The notes under the pieces: generated by a model
Told to the model about the DNA's origin: nothing
What the model saw: the letters and a program-made list of their open reading frames with translations, nothing else
Database searches by the model: none
Position numbers and translations under genes: made by a program
In this document: one piece after another, positions 18,385 to 28,700 of the stretch
Layout of the letters: every line of letters begins with the position of its first letter
Position numbering within the stretch: the stretch's first letter is position 1
Assembly: GCA_013289095.1 (NCBI GenBank)
Contig: JABDAO010000004.1
Coordinates: 1,530 to 65,529, forward strand
DNA length: 64,000 nt
From: Bacteroidota bacterium
Lineage (GTDB): Bacteria > Bacteroidota > Bacteroidia > Palsa-965
Reading direction: 5' to 3'

Positions 18385-19773
18385 TCACGCCTCCACCTTG
18401 GTAGCCTCCGTAGGCGCCCCGGCTTCTTTGATCTTTGCCATCCCTCCCGATACATTCCTGATATTGGTGATGCCATGCAGTTTGAGTATGGAAGAAGCAA
18501 TCATCGAACGGTATCCGCCTGCGCAATGGATGAGGTATTTTTTGTTGGGTTCAAAAAACCGGATCTGGGCTTCGAGGTCGGAAAGGGGAATAAGCTTGGC
18601 CCCCTTTACATGGCAGGTATCATATTCGCCCGCTTTTCTGACATCGATCACCGTTTCGTTCTTGTTGCCCATGAGCGAACAAAAGACCTGTGGGGTAACC
18701 GAGTCGATTGTTTCTAAACCATTGCCGGCCTTGGTCCAGGCCTTGATGCCCCCATCCAGATAACCCAAAATATTTTCATACCCAACCCTGGCCAGACGCA
18801 GGATTGTTTCTTTTTCTTTTCCGGCATCGGCCACAATAACCAAGGGGCTGTTGATATCGATGAGTGTGCCTACCCATACGGCAAAGGTACCTTCCAGGCC
18901 AATGTTGATGGAATGATGGATAAAACCTTTCTCGAATGCAGCTGCCTCGCGGGTATCGAGTATTTTGGCGCCTTGTTCCATCTCCAGTTCCAGATCGTGG
19001 GGGGAGAGGGGTTTCATGTTTTTTTGCATCACACTGTCGAGTGCATCGTAACCATTTTTGTTGATGGCTGCATCGTTGAAGAAATAGGGAGGAGGTGTAT
19101 TCAACCCCGTGGTGAGGATGCTTATAAATGCCTCCCGGCTCATGTTGCCAAGGGCATAATTTGTTTTGCGCTGCTCGCCTATAGTCGACCAGGTTTCCTT
19201 GCCAATGTTTTTCCCGCAGGCAGAACCGGGGCCATGTGCCGGGTAAACCAGGGTTTTATCGTTTAACGGAAGGATGTGTTTTCGCAATGAATCGTACATC
19301 ATCCCTGCCAGTTCTTCCTTGCTCATCGTGCCATCGAGCAGGTCTGGACGGCCCACATCGCCTACAAAAAGCGTATCGCCCGTGAACACACAATACTCAT
19401 TGCCTTGCTCATCAAGCAGCAGATAACAGGTTGATTCGGGTGTATGCCCGGGTGTATGCAGCACCCGGATGCTGATTTTTCCGATGGTCAGGACTTCGCC
19501 ATCGGTGGCATGATGTACCTTGTAAGCCGTATTGGCATGAGGCCCGAACACGATTTCAGCCCCGGTTTCGCGGGCCAGGTCAAGATGACCGGATACAAAA
19601 TCGGCATGGAAATGGGTTTCGAATACATATTTTATTTTTACGCCGCGTTCTTTTGCCTTGAGCACATAGGGGTTTGTTTCGCGTATCGGGTCTATAATGG
19701 CTGCTTCACCGTCGGACTCAATATAGTAAGCCGCTTCGGCAAGGCAATTGGTATACATTTGTTCTATATGCAT
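18385..19773 (-). CDS. MBL-fold persulfide-dioxygenase-like hydrolase fused to two rhodanese domains
   Basis: ORF 18385-20040. The start is trimmed to the Met at 19773 (MHIEQMYTNCLAEAAYYIE) because the extension overlaps the TauE gene and a REP hairpin. It has the HFHADFVSGH metallo-beta-lactamase motif. The C-terminal rhodanese loop is IHCAGGYRS. Confidence 0.85.
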   Translation of the reverse strand: MHIEQMYTNCLAEAAYYIESDGEAAIIDPIRETNPYVLKAKERGVKIKYVFETHFHADFVSGHLDLARETGAEIVFGPHANTAYKVHHATDGEVLTIGKISIRVLHTPGHTPESTCYLLLDEQGNEYCVFTGDTLFVGDVGRPDLLDGTMSKEELAGMMYDSLRKHILPLNDKTLVYPAHGPGSACGKNIGKETWSTIGEQRKTNYALGNMSREAFISILTTGLNTPPPYFFNDAAINKNGYDALDSVMQKNMKPLSPHDLELEMEQGAKILDTREAAAFEKGFIHHSINIGLEGTFAVWVGTLIDINSPLVIVADAGKEKETILRLARVGYENILGYLDGGIKAWTKAGNGLETIDSVTPQVFCSLMGNKNETVIDVRKAGEYDTCHVKGAKLIPLSDLEAQIRFFEPNKKYLIHCAGGYRSMIASSILKLHGITNIRNVSGGMAKIKEAGAPTEATKVEA

Positions 19774-19851
19774 GGATGATTCTGTTTTGTTTGATTTAAG
19801 TTTTGTATCATCAACTTTACTAAATGTCATCTTTACCCGGATGTTTGTAAA

Positions 19852-19939
19852 GATAACCACGCAGACACGAAAGACACGAAGAATAGTTTTGAGCCACCTC
19901 CGTGTTTCTGAGTGCCCTTTGTGTCTCATCGTGGTTACC
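19852..19939. repeat. REP family 2 hairpin
   Basis: GATAACCACGCAGACACGAAAG (19852-) pairs with CTTTGTGTCTCATCGTGGTTACC (-19939). It lies in the TauE-MBL intergenic gap. Confidence 0.6.
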
Positions 19940-19979
19940 TTCAGCACAAAGCTATACCCTTTTGATGGATACCGCCCGG

Positions 19980-20807
19980 TTAAAAGAGTTTGGCAACCTG
20001 TTGCGAAATAATAAATCCTCCGATCAACAAAATAAACCAACCGAATGCCGGTTTGAGCGATGCTCCCGAAATGAAACGGCTCAGGTACATCCCTCCAAAG
20101 ATACCGCTAACCGACAAGCTGGTAAACAGCAGCAAAAAAGGCCAGTCGATGGTTCCGCCCTTTTGAAGATCGCCAAAAAAGCCTACCCCCGAATTGATCG
20201 AGATGATAAGCAGCGAACTGCCTATGGCCTCCTTCATGGGCAGACGGGCAAGCACCACCAGGGCGGGGATAATCAAAAAACCTCCTCCCGCGCCTACCAG
20301 ACCCGCCAGAAACCCTACACAGATGCCAGCCAATACCATCTGTAGTGATGGATAGGCATCGGTTGCACGTCTTCTGGCCTGTTCTTCATCATTCAATTGT
20401 AAAGGCCTGATCATCGAAATAGATGCTGCCAGCATAAGGATTGCAAAAACAACCAGCAGAAAAACGTCCTTGCTCAATGAAAAACTCCCGAAGAGATGAA
20501 GTGTGGTTGGGATGGCAGGCGAGAGCCAGGTGCGTGTAAAATAGACAGCTAAAAGCGAAGGAATGCCAAACGTAAGAATGGATTGGAAACAGATCAGTTT
20601 TTTGGAAAGATAGGTCAGCGCCCCGACGAAGGAAGAAACACCAACGATAAACAACGAATCGGGAACAGCCCGGGTAGGTACGATGTGAAAGAGGTACACA
20701 AGCACCGGCACTGCCAGGGCCGATCCTCCTCCGCCGATAAGACCAAGACTGATGCCGATAAGAATGGCTGCGGTATATCCTATCATTTCCATCATCGGGG
20801 TGCACAC
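19980..20807 (-). CDS. TauE/SafE-family sulfite/anion exporter
   Basis: 275-aa polytopic ORF with duplicated G-rich helices (GLIGGGGSALAVPVL and GLVGAGGGFLIIPAL). Confidence 0.85.
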   Translation of the reverse strand: MCTPMMEMIGYTAAILIGISLGLIGGGGSALAVPVLVYLFHIVPTRAVPDSLFIVGVSSFVGALTYLSKKLICFQSILTFGIPSLLAVYFTRTWLSPAIPTTLHLFGSFSLSKDVFLLVVFAILMLAASISMIRPLQLNDEEQARRRATDAYPSLQMVLAGICVGFLAGLVGAGGGFLIIPALVVLARLPMKEAIGSSLLIISINSGVGFFGDLQKGGTIDWPFLLLFTSLSVSGIFGGMYLSRFISGASLKPAFGWFILLIGGFIISQQVAKLF

Positions 20808-21112
20808 GTTTTAAGACAATCCAGGATTACGGAAAGACACGGATGTTTGAGCGAATAGACCGAATTCTTTCCTTCCCGCTCGCACACCAGCACATTCTTT
20901 ATACGGAGGATGGAAAGCTGTTGTGAAACAACGGCCTGTTCGAGTTTGAGCGATTCCTGTATCTGGCTGACTGTACAGCTCTTTTTTTCGCTGATCAAAC
21001 ACACAATGCCAAGACGCATCGGGTGCCCCAGGGCTTTGAGCATTTCGGCCGAATAGGCTGTCTGGACCGGATGTTCGAAGGGCATTAACATTTCTGGTGA
21101 TATGGGCCTCAA
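20792..21112 (-). CDS. ArsR/SmtB-family (BigR-like) transcriptional repressor
   Basis: 106-aa ORF. MLKALGHPMRLGIVCLISEKKSCTVSQIQESLKLEQAVVSQQLSILR is the ArsR wHTH. The track start is TTG; ATG 21091 is an alternative. It overlaps the TauE start by 16 nt. Confidence 0.85.
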   Translation of the reverse strand: MRPISPEMLMPFEHPVQTAYSAEMLKALGHPMRLGIVCLISEKKSCTVSQIQESLKLEQAVVSQQLSILRIKNVLVCEREGKNSVYSLKHPCLSVILDCLKTCAPR

Positions 21113-21132
21113 AGATATCTACTTTATTATAT

Positions 21133-21148
21133 ATATTAAAATTAATAT
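21133..21148. promoter_or_regulatory. candidate ArsR-type operator (7-2-7 perfect inverted repeat)
   Basis: ATATTAA-AA-TTAATAT lies 21 nt upstream of the repressor ORF start, in the divergent promoter region. Confidence 0.35.
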
Positions 21149-21232
21149 GTATGTCGTATCCCCGCGATATTTTGCAAATTAGCGATCAGAAATTCAACCC
21201 GCATTGAACGTGAACACCCAAGCCAGCATGAA

Positions 21233-21802
21233 ATGGAAGAACATCTAATGGGCAACACCTGTCTTTCGTTCCCCCGGCTCGAAACCGAGCGTCTGGTGTT
21301 ACGGTTGATTGTGATGGCCGACCGGGAGGCTATTTATACATTGTACAACGACGAGGCCGTGATGCAATACCGGGGCACAGATCTGTTTGCAGCAAGGACT
21401 CAGGCCGACTCGCTGATCCGTGGTTTTGAGGAAGCCAGACAACAAAAAACAGGGTTGCGCTGGGCCCTTGTTTTCAAAGGAAAGGAAGAAGAGCTCCTGG
21501 GTACCGCAGGGCTGAATAAAATAGACTGGAGACATTTCAGGGGAGAAATCGGGTATGAGCTCTCGCCCGCCCATTGGAACAAAGGATTGATGACCGAAGC
21601 GCTCCGTGCCATCACCAACTATTCTTTTAAAAACCTGGGGTTGCATACGCTCGAAGCAAATATTGCTCCTGCAAATCTCGCTTCAGAACGAGTCCTGCAA
21701 AAATTGCAGTTTGTAAAAGAAGCCCATTTCAGGGAAAATTGGTACTACAAAGGCTGGTGGGATTCGGTGATTTATACCCTGCACTCCAATCAGAACCGTT
21801 AG
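21233..21802 (+). CDS. GNAT-family N-acetyltransferase (RimJ/RimL-like)
   Basis: 189-aa ORF. TERLVLRL...GEIGYELSPAHWNKGLMTEALRAITNYSF...LEANIAPANLASERVLQKLQF is the classic RimJ-like pattern. Confidence 0.85.
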   Translation: MEEHLMGNTCLSFPRLETERLVLRLIVMADREAIYTLYNDEAVMQYRGTDLFAARTQADSLIRGFEEARQQKTGLRWALVFKGKEEELLGTAGLNKIDWRHFRGEIGYELSPAHWNKGLMTEALRAITNYSFKNLGLHTLEANIAPANLASERVLQKLQFVKEAHFRENWYYKGWWDSVIYTLHSNQNR

Positions 21803-22728
21803 TTTGAACCTCCTGCCACAGGGGCTGCTTTGTGGCCAGCTTCACGAAACCGCATACTCACAAACAACTCGTGCGAGCCGGTGCTGTAATTCTGAATATC
21901 GGTAATCGCATAATCATAGGCATACCCAATGGTGATATTGTCCTGATAGGTATAACCGATAAGCGCCACGATTGCATCGAGGTTACGGTAAGCGGCCCCT
22001 ATCCAGATTTTTTTACGATAGATCAATCTCGCGCCTAGATCGAATTGTACCGGTGAAGGATCCACATACCGGGCAATCAGGGTTGGTTGAATGGCCCAGA
22101 GATCGTTGATGTCATATTTGTAGCCGGCCATGAGTGTATAGTGGCGGGTGATTACGCTCGGAGTGCTGGCCATGTAATCAAAGAACTTCAGTTTATTCTC
22201 CACCATCTCCGGACATGAAAATCCGGCATACCATTTATCTCCGCTGTAAGCATAGACCCCGGCGCCGAATTCGGGCATCATCACACTTTGCAAACCATTG
22301 CTCAGGACATTGTCATTCGGGTCGTGGAGTATTATTTTAGAACCATCCACCATATATTGTAACAACCCGCCCTGTATCCCGGCAGCCAATCTGATCTTTT
22401 TGGTGAGGTTGATATGATAGGCGTAGGATAGATAACAGCCTGTACGGCGTGTGGGCCCATCGATATCGGTAAACACCTGTCCGCCAAAACCCATATTCGG
22501 GTTACTGAGTTGTCCGTTCACACTCAAGACATAGGTGCGGGGTGCATCGGTAATTCCGAACCATTGATAGCGGTTGATGGATGAAGCCTCCACGTAAGGA
22601 TTCTTTCCTGCTATCGCGCAGTTCTCCACATAATCATTCAGCATATACTGACTGAAATGGGGCAATTGTTGTGCAATCAGTGGCTTTAAGGCAATGAGAG
22701 CGAAAAAGGCCAGTAGGAATTTTTTCAT
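21799..22728 (-). CDS. PorP/SprF-family T9SS membrane protein
   Basis: 309-aa ORF with a signal peptide then QQLPHFSQYMLNDY, the family N-terminal signature. It lies directly downstream of a type B CTD giant protein. Confidence 0.85.
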   Translation of the reverse strand: MKKFLLAFFALIALKPLIAQQLPHFSQYMLNDYVENCAIAGKNPYVEASSINRYQWFGITDAPRTYVLSVNGQLSNPNMGFGGQVFTDIDGPTRRTGCYLSYAYHINLTKKIRLAAGIQGGLLQYMVDGSKIILHDPNDNVLSNGLQSVMMPEFGAGVYAYSGDKWYAGFSCPEMVENKLKFFDYMASTPSVITRHYTLMAGYKYDINDLWAIQPTLIARYVDPSPVQFDLGARLIYRKKIWIGAAYRNLDAIVALIGYTYQDNITIGYAYDYAITDIQNYSTGSHELFVSMRFREAGHKAAPVAGGSN

Positions 22729-22730
22729 CT

Positions 22731-25700
22731 TTATCGCATTATGGTTATGGAACCTGAATATTTTGTTGTGTACAGCGGATCATGCAGATCTACCAGATAG
22801 TAGTAGGTGCCTACAGGCAGGGGTTTGCCTTTATAGGTTCCGTCGAAGTCATTCTGGTAATCTTTTTCCTGGAAGAGGAGCTCGCCCCAACGGTTAAATA
22901 CCTCTACCACATTGTTCGGGAATTTGTGGATATTGTCGATCACCCACAGATCATTGACCCCATCGCCATTGGGTGTAATACCGTTGGCAAAGATAATTTC
23001 GGGAAGCACGGTAACAACAACCGTATCGCTCGATTTACAACCGTTTGCATCTGTCACGGTTACGGTATAAATTGTTGTCGTGATCGGGTTTACGGTCGGG
23101 TTAGAATTGGATGAATCGTTTACACTGGCCGATGGCGACCAGTGGAACAGAACACCGTCAGCACAGGTAGGGCTGCCGCCAATGGTGATGTCTGCATTGG
23201 TAAGGATGGTCTGTGGAGGGCCAGCGCTTACTACAGGCGGAGGATTTGAAGTTACAACCACCACTGCGGAGTCTGTACATCCCGAATTTCCGATAATCAG
23301 TTCGTAGGTTGTAGCTCCGGCGGGAGGTGTAACATGGGTCTTCTGTGTGGTATCACCAACCAGTACAAACCCCGGCATCTGGTACCAATGGTAGGACAGT
23401 GCGTTGGTGCTCAGAGAGCCATCCAGAAGCAACGAACCCTGGATACAGAATGGCATATTGGGTCCGGCATTGGCATTTAGGGAGATGATCGGTTTGAGGG
23501 TGTCGAGAATATGCTGCACACAACCGTTTGCATCGGTCACGGTAAGCGCATAGTCTCCACCCATCCTGCTGGTGAGGTTCATACTGGCCGATATAAATGC
23601 ACCCGAGCCGGTCCAGTTAAACGTATAGGGGGTTGTTCCGCCCAGCGGAGTGATTGTGATACTTCCGCCCGGAGCATTGTCGCAAGGCGGTTCGACCAGC
23701 GAAGAAGTAAATGCAAGCGACGAGGGTTGGATAATACTCACAATCAGGCTGTCGGCGCAGGCATGGTTGTCTTTCAGCTGGAGCGTATACGAACCGGCGC
23801 AAAGCAACGAATCTGTTCCCGATACATTGATTCCAGGGCTCCAGGAATAGGTATAAGGAGCTGTTCCTCCCGAAGGAACGGAAACGATCTTTCCGTTACA
23901 GGTTGCGTTACAGAGGATATTGGTAACCTGAGGGGAGCTGAAGGAAAGCTGTTGAGGCTGTGTGATCACAAAACCGGTTGAATTTGCACAGCCGATGGCA
24001 TCTGTTACCTGCACGACATAGCTTCCGGCACAAAGCCCTGTGCCGCCTGATGTAGCCTGACCAGCACCCGGAGCAGGTGTCCAGGAGTAGGTGTAAGCAG
24101 GATGGCCTCCGGCAACAATCACCGTATCCTTGCCTCCACAGAGGTTGTTACAGGAAATATTTGTAGAAAGGTTGCGTATCACCGGGCCGTTCGACGTGTT
24201 GATGACGATCACGAAGATATGCGAACAGCCTGTGGCATCGGTTATCATAACAGAGTCAAGACCTTTACAAAGGGCGGTTTGAGAAGCCGTTGGAGGCAAT
24301 CCACCCGACCAGGAATAGGTGTAAGGTGCAGTACCCCCGCTGGGGTTTAACGTGATCGAACCATTACAAAGACCGCAGGTGGAAGGTACAACAAGCTGAT
24401 TGGTGATGTAATTGCCCGGCTGGGTGATCGAAACCGAATCGGTACGTATACATCCGTGGGCATCACTCACTTCGAGGAAGTATTGCCCGGCGCATTGTCC
24501 GGAAAGGCTGTTTGTGTTTTGCCCTCCGGGCGTCCAGCTGAAGGTATAGGGTGGAGTTCCTGCGCTCGGTGTGGCAGTAACGGCCCCGTTGCAAGTGCCA
24601 AAACAGGAGATATTTGTCAGAGCCATTGCCGACGGGCCGGGCCCGTTGATATTGCTCAATGGCATGTTGAATGAATAATTACAGCCTGCCGCATCCGACA
24701 CACTGACTGAATAAACACCGGCGCATAGACTTGTAGCCAAAGCCGTGGTCGACCCTGTGCTCCACTGATAGGTGTACAGACCGGTACCTCCTGTGGCTGT
24801 GATGGTAGCGCTGCCATTGCAGATTCCGCAGGCAGGGCTTACAATTACAGATTGCTCTGTTATGGCAGCAGGCGCAACGAGTGTAACTGCCGGTTTGATA
24901 TTGCAACCGTTTGCATCCAGCACATTGACAGAATACGTACCAGCACATAAATTGGTAGCGGTAGAATCTGATTGCCCAAGCGGATCTGTCCACTGATAGG
25001 TATACGGTGCGGTTCCCGTGCTCATCGTAATGGTAGCTGCGCCGGCACAGGTATTGTTGCAAGGCGGGTTCAGCTGGGTCATATTCCCCTGGAAAATAGT
25101 TGACGGAACAAACGAGTTGACAAAGGATGAGTCGCATCCATTGGCATCTGTTAGTAACAACGTATAACTACCCGCGCAAAGATTATTGTCGAGCGCTGTG
25201 GCAGAACCTCCTGTCCAGGAATAGGTATAGGCCCCGGTGCCTCCGGTTGGATTGGCCAGAACAGAACCGTTACAAAGACCGGTACAGGTTGATTGGGTTA
25301 CGGTTGGGTGTTCGAGTAACTGGCCTGGGGATGCGATATGGAATATTTGGTTGTAGATACAATGATGGGCATCTGTTACCGTGAGTACATATCCCCCGGC
25401 ACATAAATTTGTCAGGTTTGATGCTGTACTGCCCAGGCTATTGTTGAGCGAATCTGTCCAGGCATAGGTATAGAGGGGTGTGCCCCCTACAACCACGGTA
25501 AGATTTGCAGTGGCATTACACGTTTGGAAACAGGTTGGTTCGGTGGTTGTGATCGTGTCGCTGGTTGGCCCTCCTGTGTTGTTGAGCGGTATTGGCGCCG
25601 AGGTTGAAGAACACCCGTTTGCATCGGTTATTTTAACCACATATAAACCGGCACAAAGCGAGGATATATTCGTAGTGCCCTGACCGGTAACACCTGCCGG

Positions 25701-28700
25701 GGTCCACGCGAATGTATAGGGAGCGTTTCCACCGGCAGGAATGATGCTGATGGTTCCGTTACAGGCTCCGCAATTTGAATTTCCGACTGCGTTTGCAGAG
25801 GATATCAGAGCCGGATTCGTGAGGACAACAGTCTGGGTATCTCTACAGGAGTGCGCATCGGTGGTTATCAGGGTGTAACTTCCGGCACAAAGACTTGAAA
25901 GGTTTTGTGTGGTGGCCGAATTAGACCAACTGTAGGTATACGGGGCCGTTCCACCAACAGGGTTGGCTGCAGCTGTTCCGTTACAAGATGCGTTACACGA
26001 TGGACTTATGCCCGAAGTTCCTGCCAGGAGGGCTGTAGGCTGGGTGATGATGGATGTTTGTGAGCCGTTACAGCCATGAGCATCTGTCACTGTTAATGTA
26101 TACGTCCCCACACAAAGAGCAGAGAGTCCGGATGTAGTCAAACCGCCTGGAGACCACGAGAATGAATAGGCCAGGGTCCCGCCGGTTACGGCAGAGCTGA
26201 TTGATCCATTGCAAAGTGCATTACAGGTGGTGGCCACAGGTGTAAGCGTGATGCTGACAGGGGCAGGTTCGGTAATGGTTGCATTGGCCGTAACGGTGCA
26301 ACCGTGTGCATCGGTACCTGTTGAACTGTAGCTCCCGGCACAAAGTCCGTTCAGTGTGGTACCCGACTGGCTTCCGGGGGCCCACAAGAATGTATAGGGC
26401 GAGGTTCCGCCGCTTGCCGAAACAATTGCGGTTCCATCACAAATGCCAGAACAGCTGGCATTGGTTACAACAATGGTATCTTTTAAAACCGCGGGTTGGA
26501 TGATGGTGCAGTTTTGGCTTTGAGTACAACCGTTCTGATCGGTAACTTGTACGGTAAAAGAACCCGGGCAAAGATTCGTGATGTTTGAAGCGAGCGGCCC
26601 GTTCGACCAGGAATAGGTAAAAGGTGCAGTGCCTCCTGAAACAACGCTTGTGGCAGATCCGTTACACAAACCGTTACACGAAACGTTCGTAGCATTGATA
26701 AGGACGCCGAGTGAGCCGGGCTGTGTAATCGTGTAGACCCCTTGCTGGGAGCAGCCATTCTGATCTGTAACGGTAACGGTATAAGTGCCTGGAATCAAAC
26801 CGGTGACTGTGGGTGTTGAATTGATCAGCGGGAGCGCCCAGGAATAGGTATAGGAGCCGGTACCACCTGTAACTCCAACGGTAATCTTTCCGTTATTTGC
26901 CCCGCCACAGCTAACCTGGGTAATGGCAGGTGTGAGTGTGAGGGCGGCAGGTTGGGCAATAGTGAGTGAAACAATCTTAATACAACCGATTGCATCCTGA
27001 ATTTCGAACGTATATGCCCCCTGACAGAGGGCTGAAGCATTGGCTGTGCCCTGACCCGTTATAGCGCCTGGGGCCCAGCTCAGCGTATACGGAGGTGTTC
27101 CACCCGAAACAGTAGCTGCTGCAGATCCGTTGCATCCTCCGTTGCAGGAAACAGGAGTTGGGAGGATAGCGGCAGTGGGGCCGGTCGGGCTGCTCAGTCC
27201 TACTGACAATACCGTATCGCATCCGTCATTATCAGTGATGGTGCAGGTGTAAAAACCAGTACAGAGTCCCGTTATTGACGATGTTGCCGGCTCCACCGGG
27301 GTCCAGCTATAGGTATAAGGAATTGTTCCGCCGGTAGGGCCGAGCGTAATTTTTCCGTCACATGCTGCACAGGTTGATGGCTGGGTGGTAAGGGTGTTTG
27401 GAACAATGGAGGCAGGCTGGGCAATCGTAATAACCTGTATGCTGTCACAGCCTTTCGAATCTGTTACATCCAGGGTGTAGTTCCCTGCACATAGATTATG
27501 GATGCTGGATGATGTTTGACCTCCCGGAGTCCAGGAATAGGTATATGCACCTGTGCCCCCAGTTACCGCCGCAGAAGCGCTGCCTGTACAAAGCCCATGA
27601 CAAGCCGGGTTTGTAATAGTAACGAGCGGGCTTACTTTTCCGGGATTGGCAAAGGTAACTGTAGCAGAATTAAAACAACCATTGGCATCCGTTGCTTCGA
27701 CTGTATACGTGCCGGCGCACAGATTTATTGCATTTTGTGTAAGCTGTGCCGGGACAAGTGGGCTCCAGGAATACGTATAGGGTGATAAACCGCCCGATGC
27801 GTTTGCGGAAGCGCTGCCATCGCAGGAATTGTGACAGGTTACATTTGTAGAAGTGCTGGAAATACTGATAAAGACCGTCTGAACGATGGTAGCCACTGCT
27901 GAAACCGCGCAGCCGTTATGATCGGTAACACTACAGGTATAGTTGCCTACACAAAGTGTATTTGCCGTAGGGTTGGTCTGCACCGGTACTGTATTCCAGG
28001 AGATCGTATAGCTGCCTGTGCCACCCGTAATGCCAACGGTGGCGGTGCCCTGACAACTGCCACACGTGGTTGTTTGCCCTGAAATGACCGCATTTAAAAC
28101 AGGTGGCTGCCCGATTGTGAAGATCTGGGTACCGTTACAACCGTTTGCATCGGTAACTACACAGGTATAGGTACCGGGGCAAAGATTGGTAATATGTGTA
28201 GTTCCTTGCTGGGCCGGAGTAATAGAAGCAGTTGGTGTCCATGAATAGGTATAGGCCCCGGTTCCACCGGTTGGAGCTGCAAGGGCTGCACCGTCGCATA
28301 TACTTGCGCACGTCACCGCCGTTGTCCCTACGTTTGGAGCAACCACGCTCGGAGTTGTGACAATGACCGTCTGAACACTTGAACAACTGTTGGCATCTGT
28401 AACCGTTACCACATAACTTCCTGTTCCCAGGTTGTTCTCGCAGGGCGTATTAAGTCCGGATGGGTTCCATGAATAAGTATACGGCGTTGTGCCTCCGGTT
28501 GGTGCAGCGCACACCTGGCCTGTGCTCGAACCAGAGCATGCCGTTGGGCTCGATGTGGCATTGGCGGCCAGCAGATTGGGCTGTGTCAGTGTCGAGGTAT
28601 TCGTAGCAACGCAGTTATGGGCATCGGTCACCGTAACGGTATAGGTGCCATTGCACAGGTTGCTCAAGATAGGTGTTCCGGGATTGGCTGGAACCCAGGC

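Noticed and set aside
18195-18500. 101-aa ORF, and the similar 61-aa ORF at 44163-44348
   Set aside because: Both read through REP hairpin family 1 (the ...GRGQGEGKKTGL... peptides are the usual translation of this palindrome).
21160-21180. Bacteroidota-type -7 promoter box (TAnnTTTG) at GATATTTTGCAAAT upstream of the GNAT gene
   Set aside because: It is one T short of the consensus and I found no clear -33 TTG partner. It is too weak to list as a feature.
24679-25137. 152-aa same-strand, alternative-frame ORF within the adhesin gene, and the many 60-155-aa ORFs on both strands across 22.7-31.3 kb
   Set aside because: They are by-products of the repetitive, GC-biased Thr/Gly/Ser/Cys codon usage of the 2851-aa gene.
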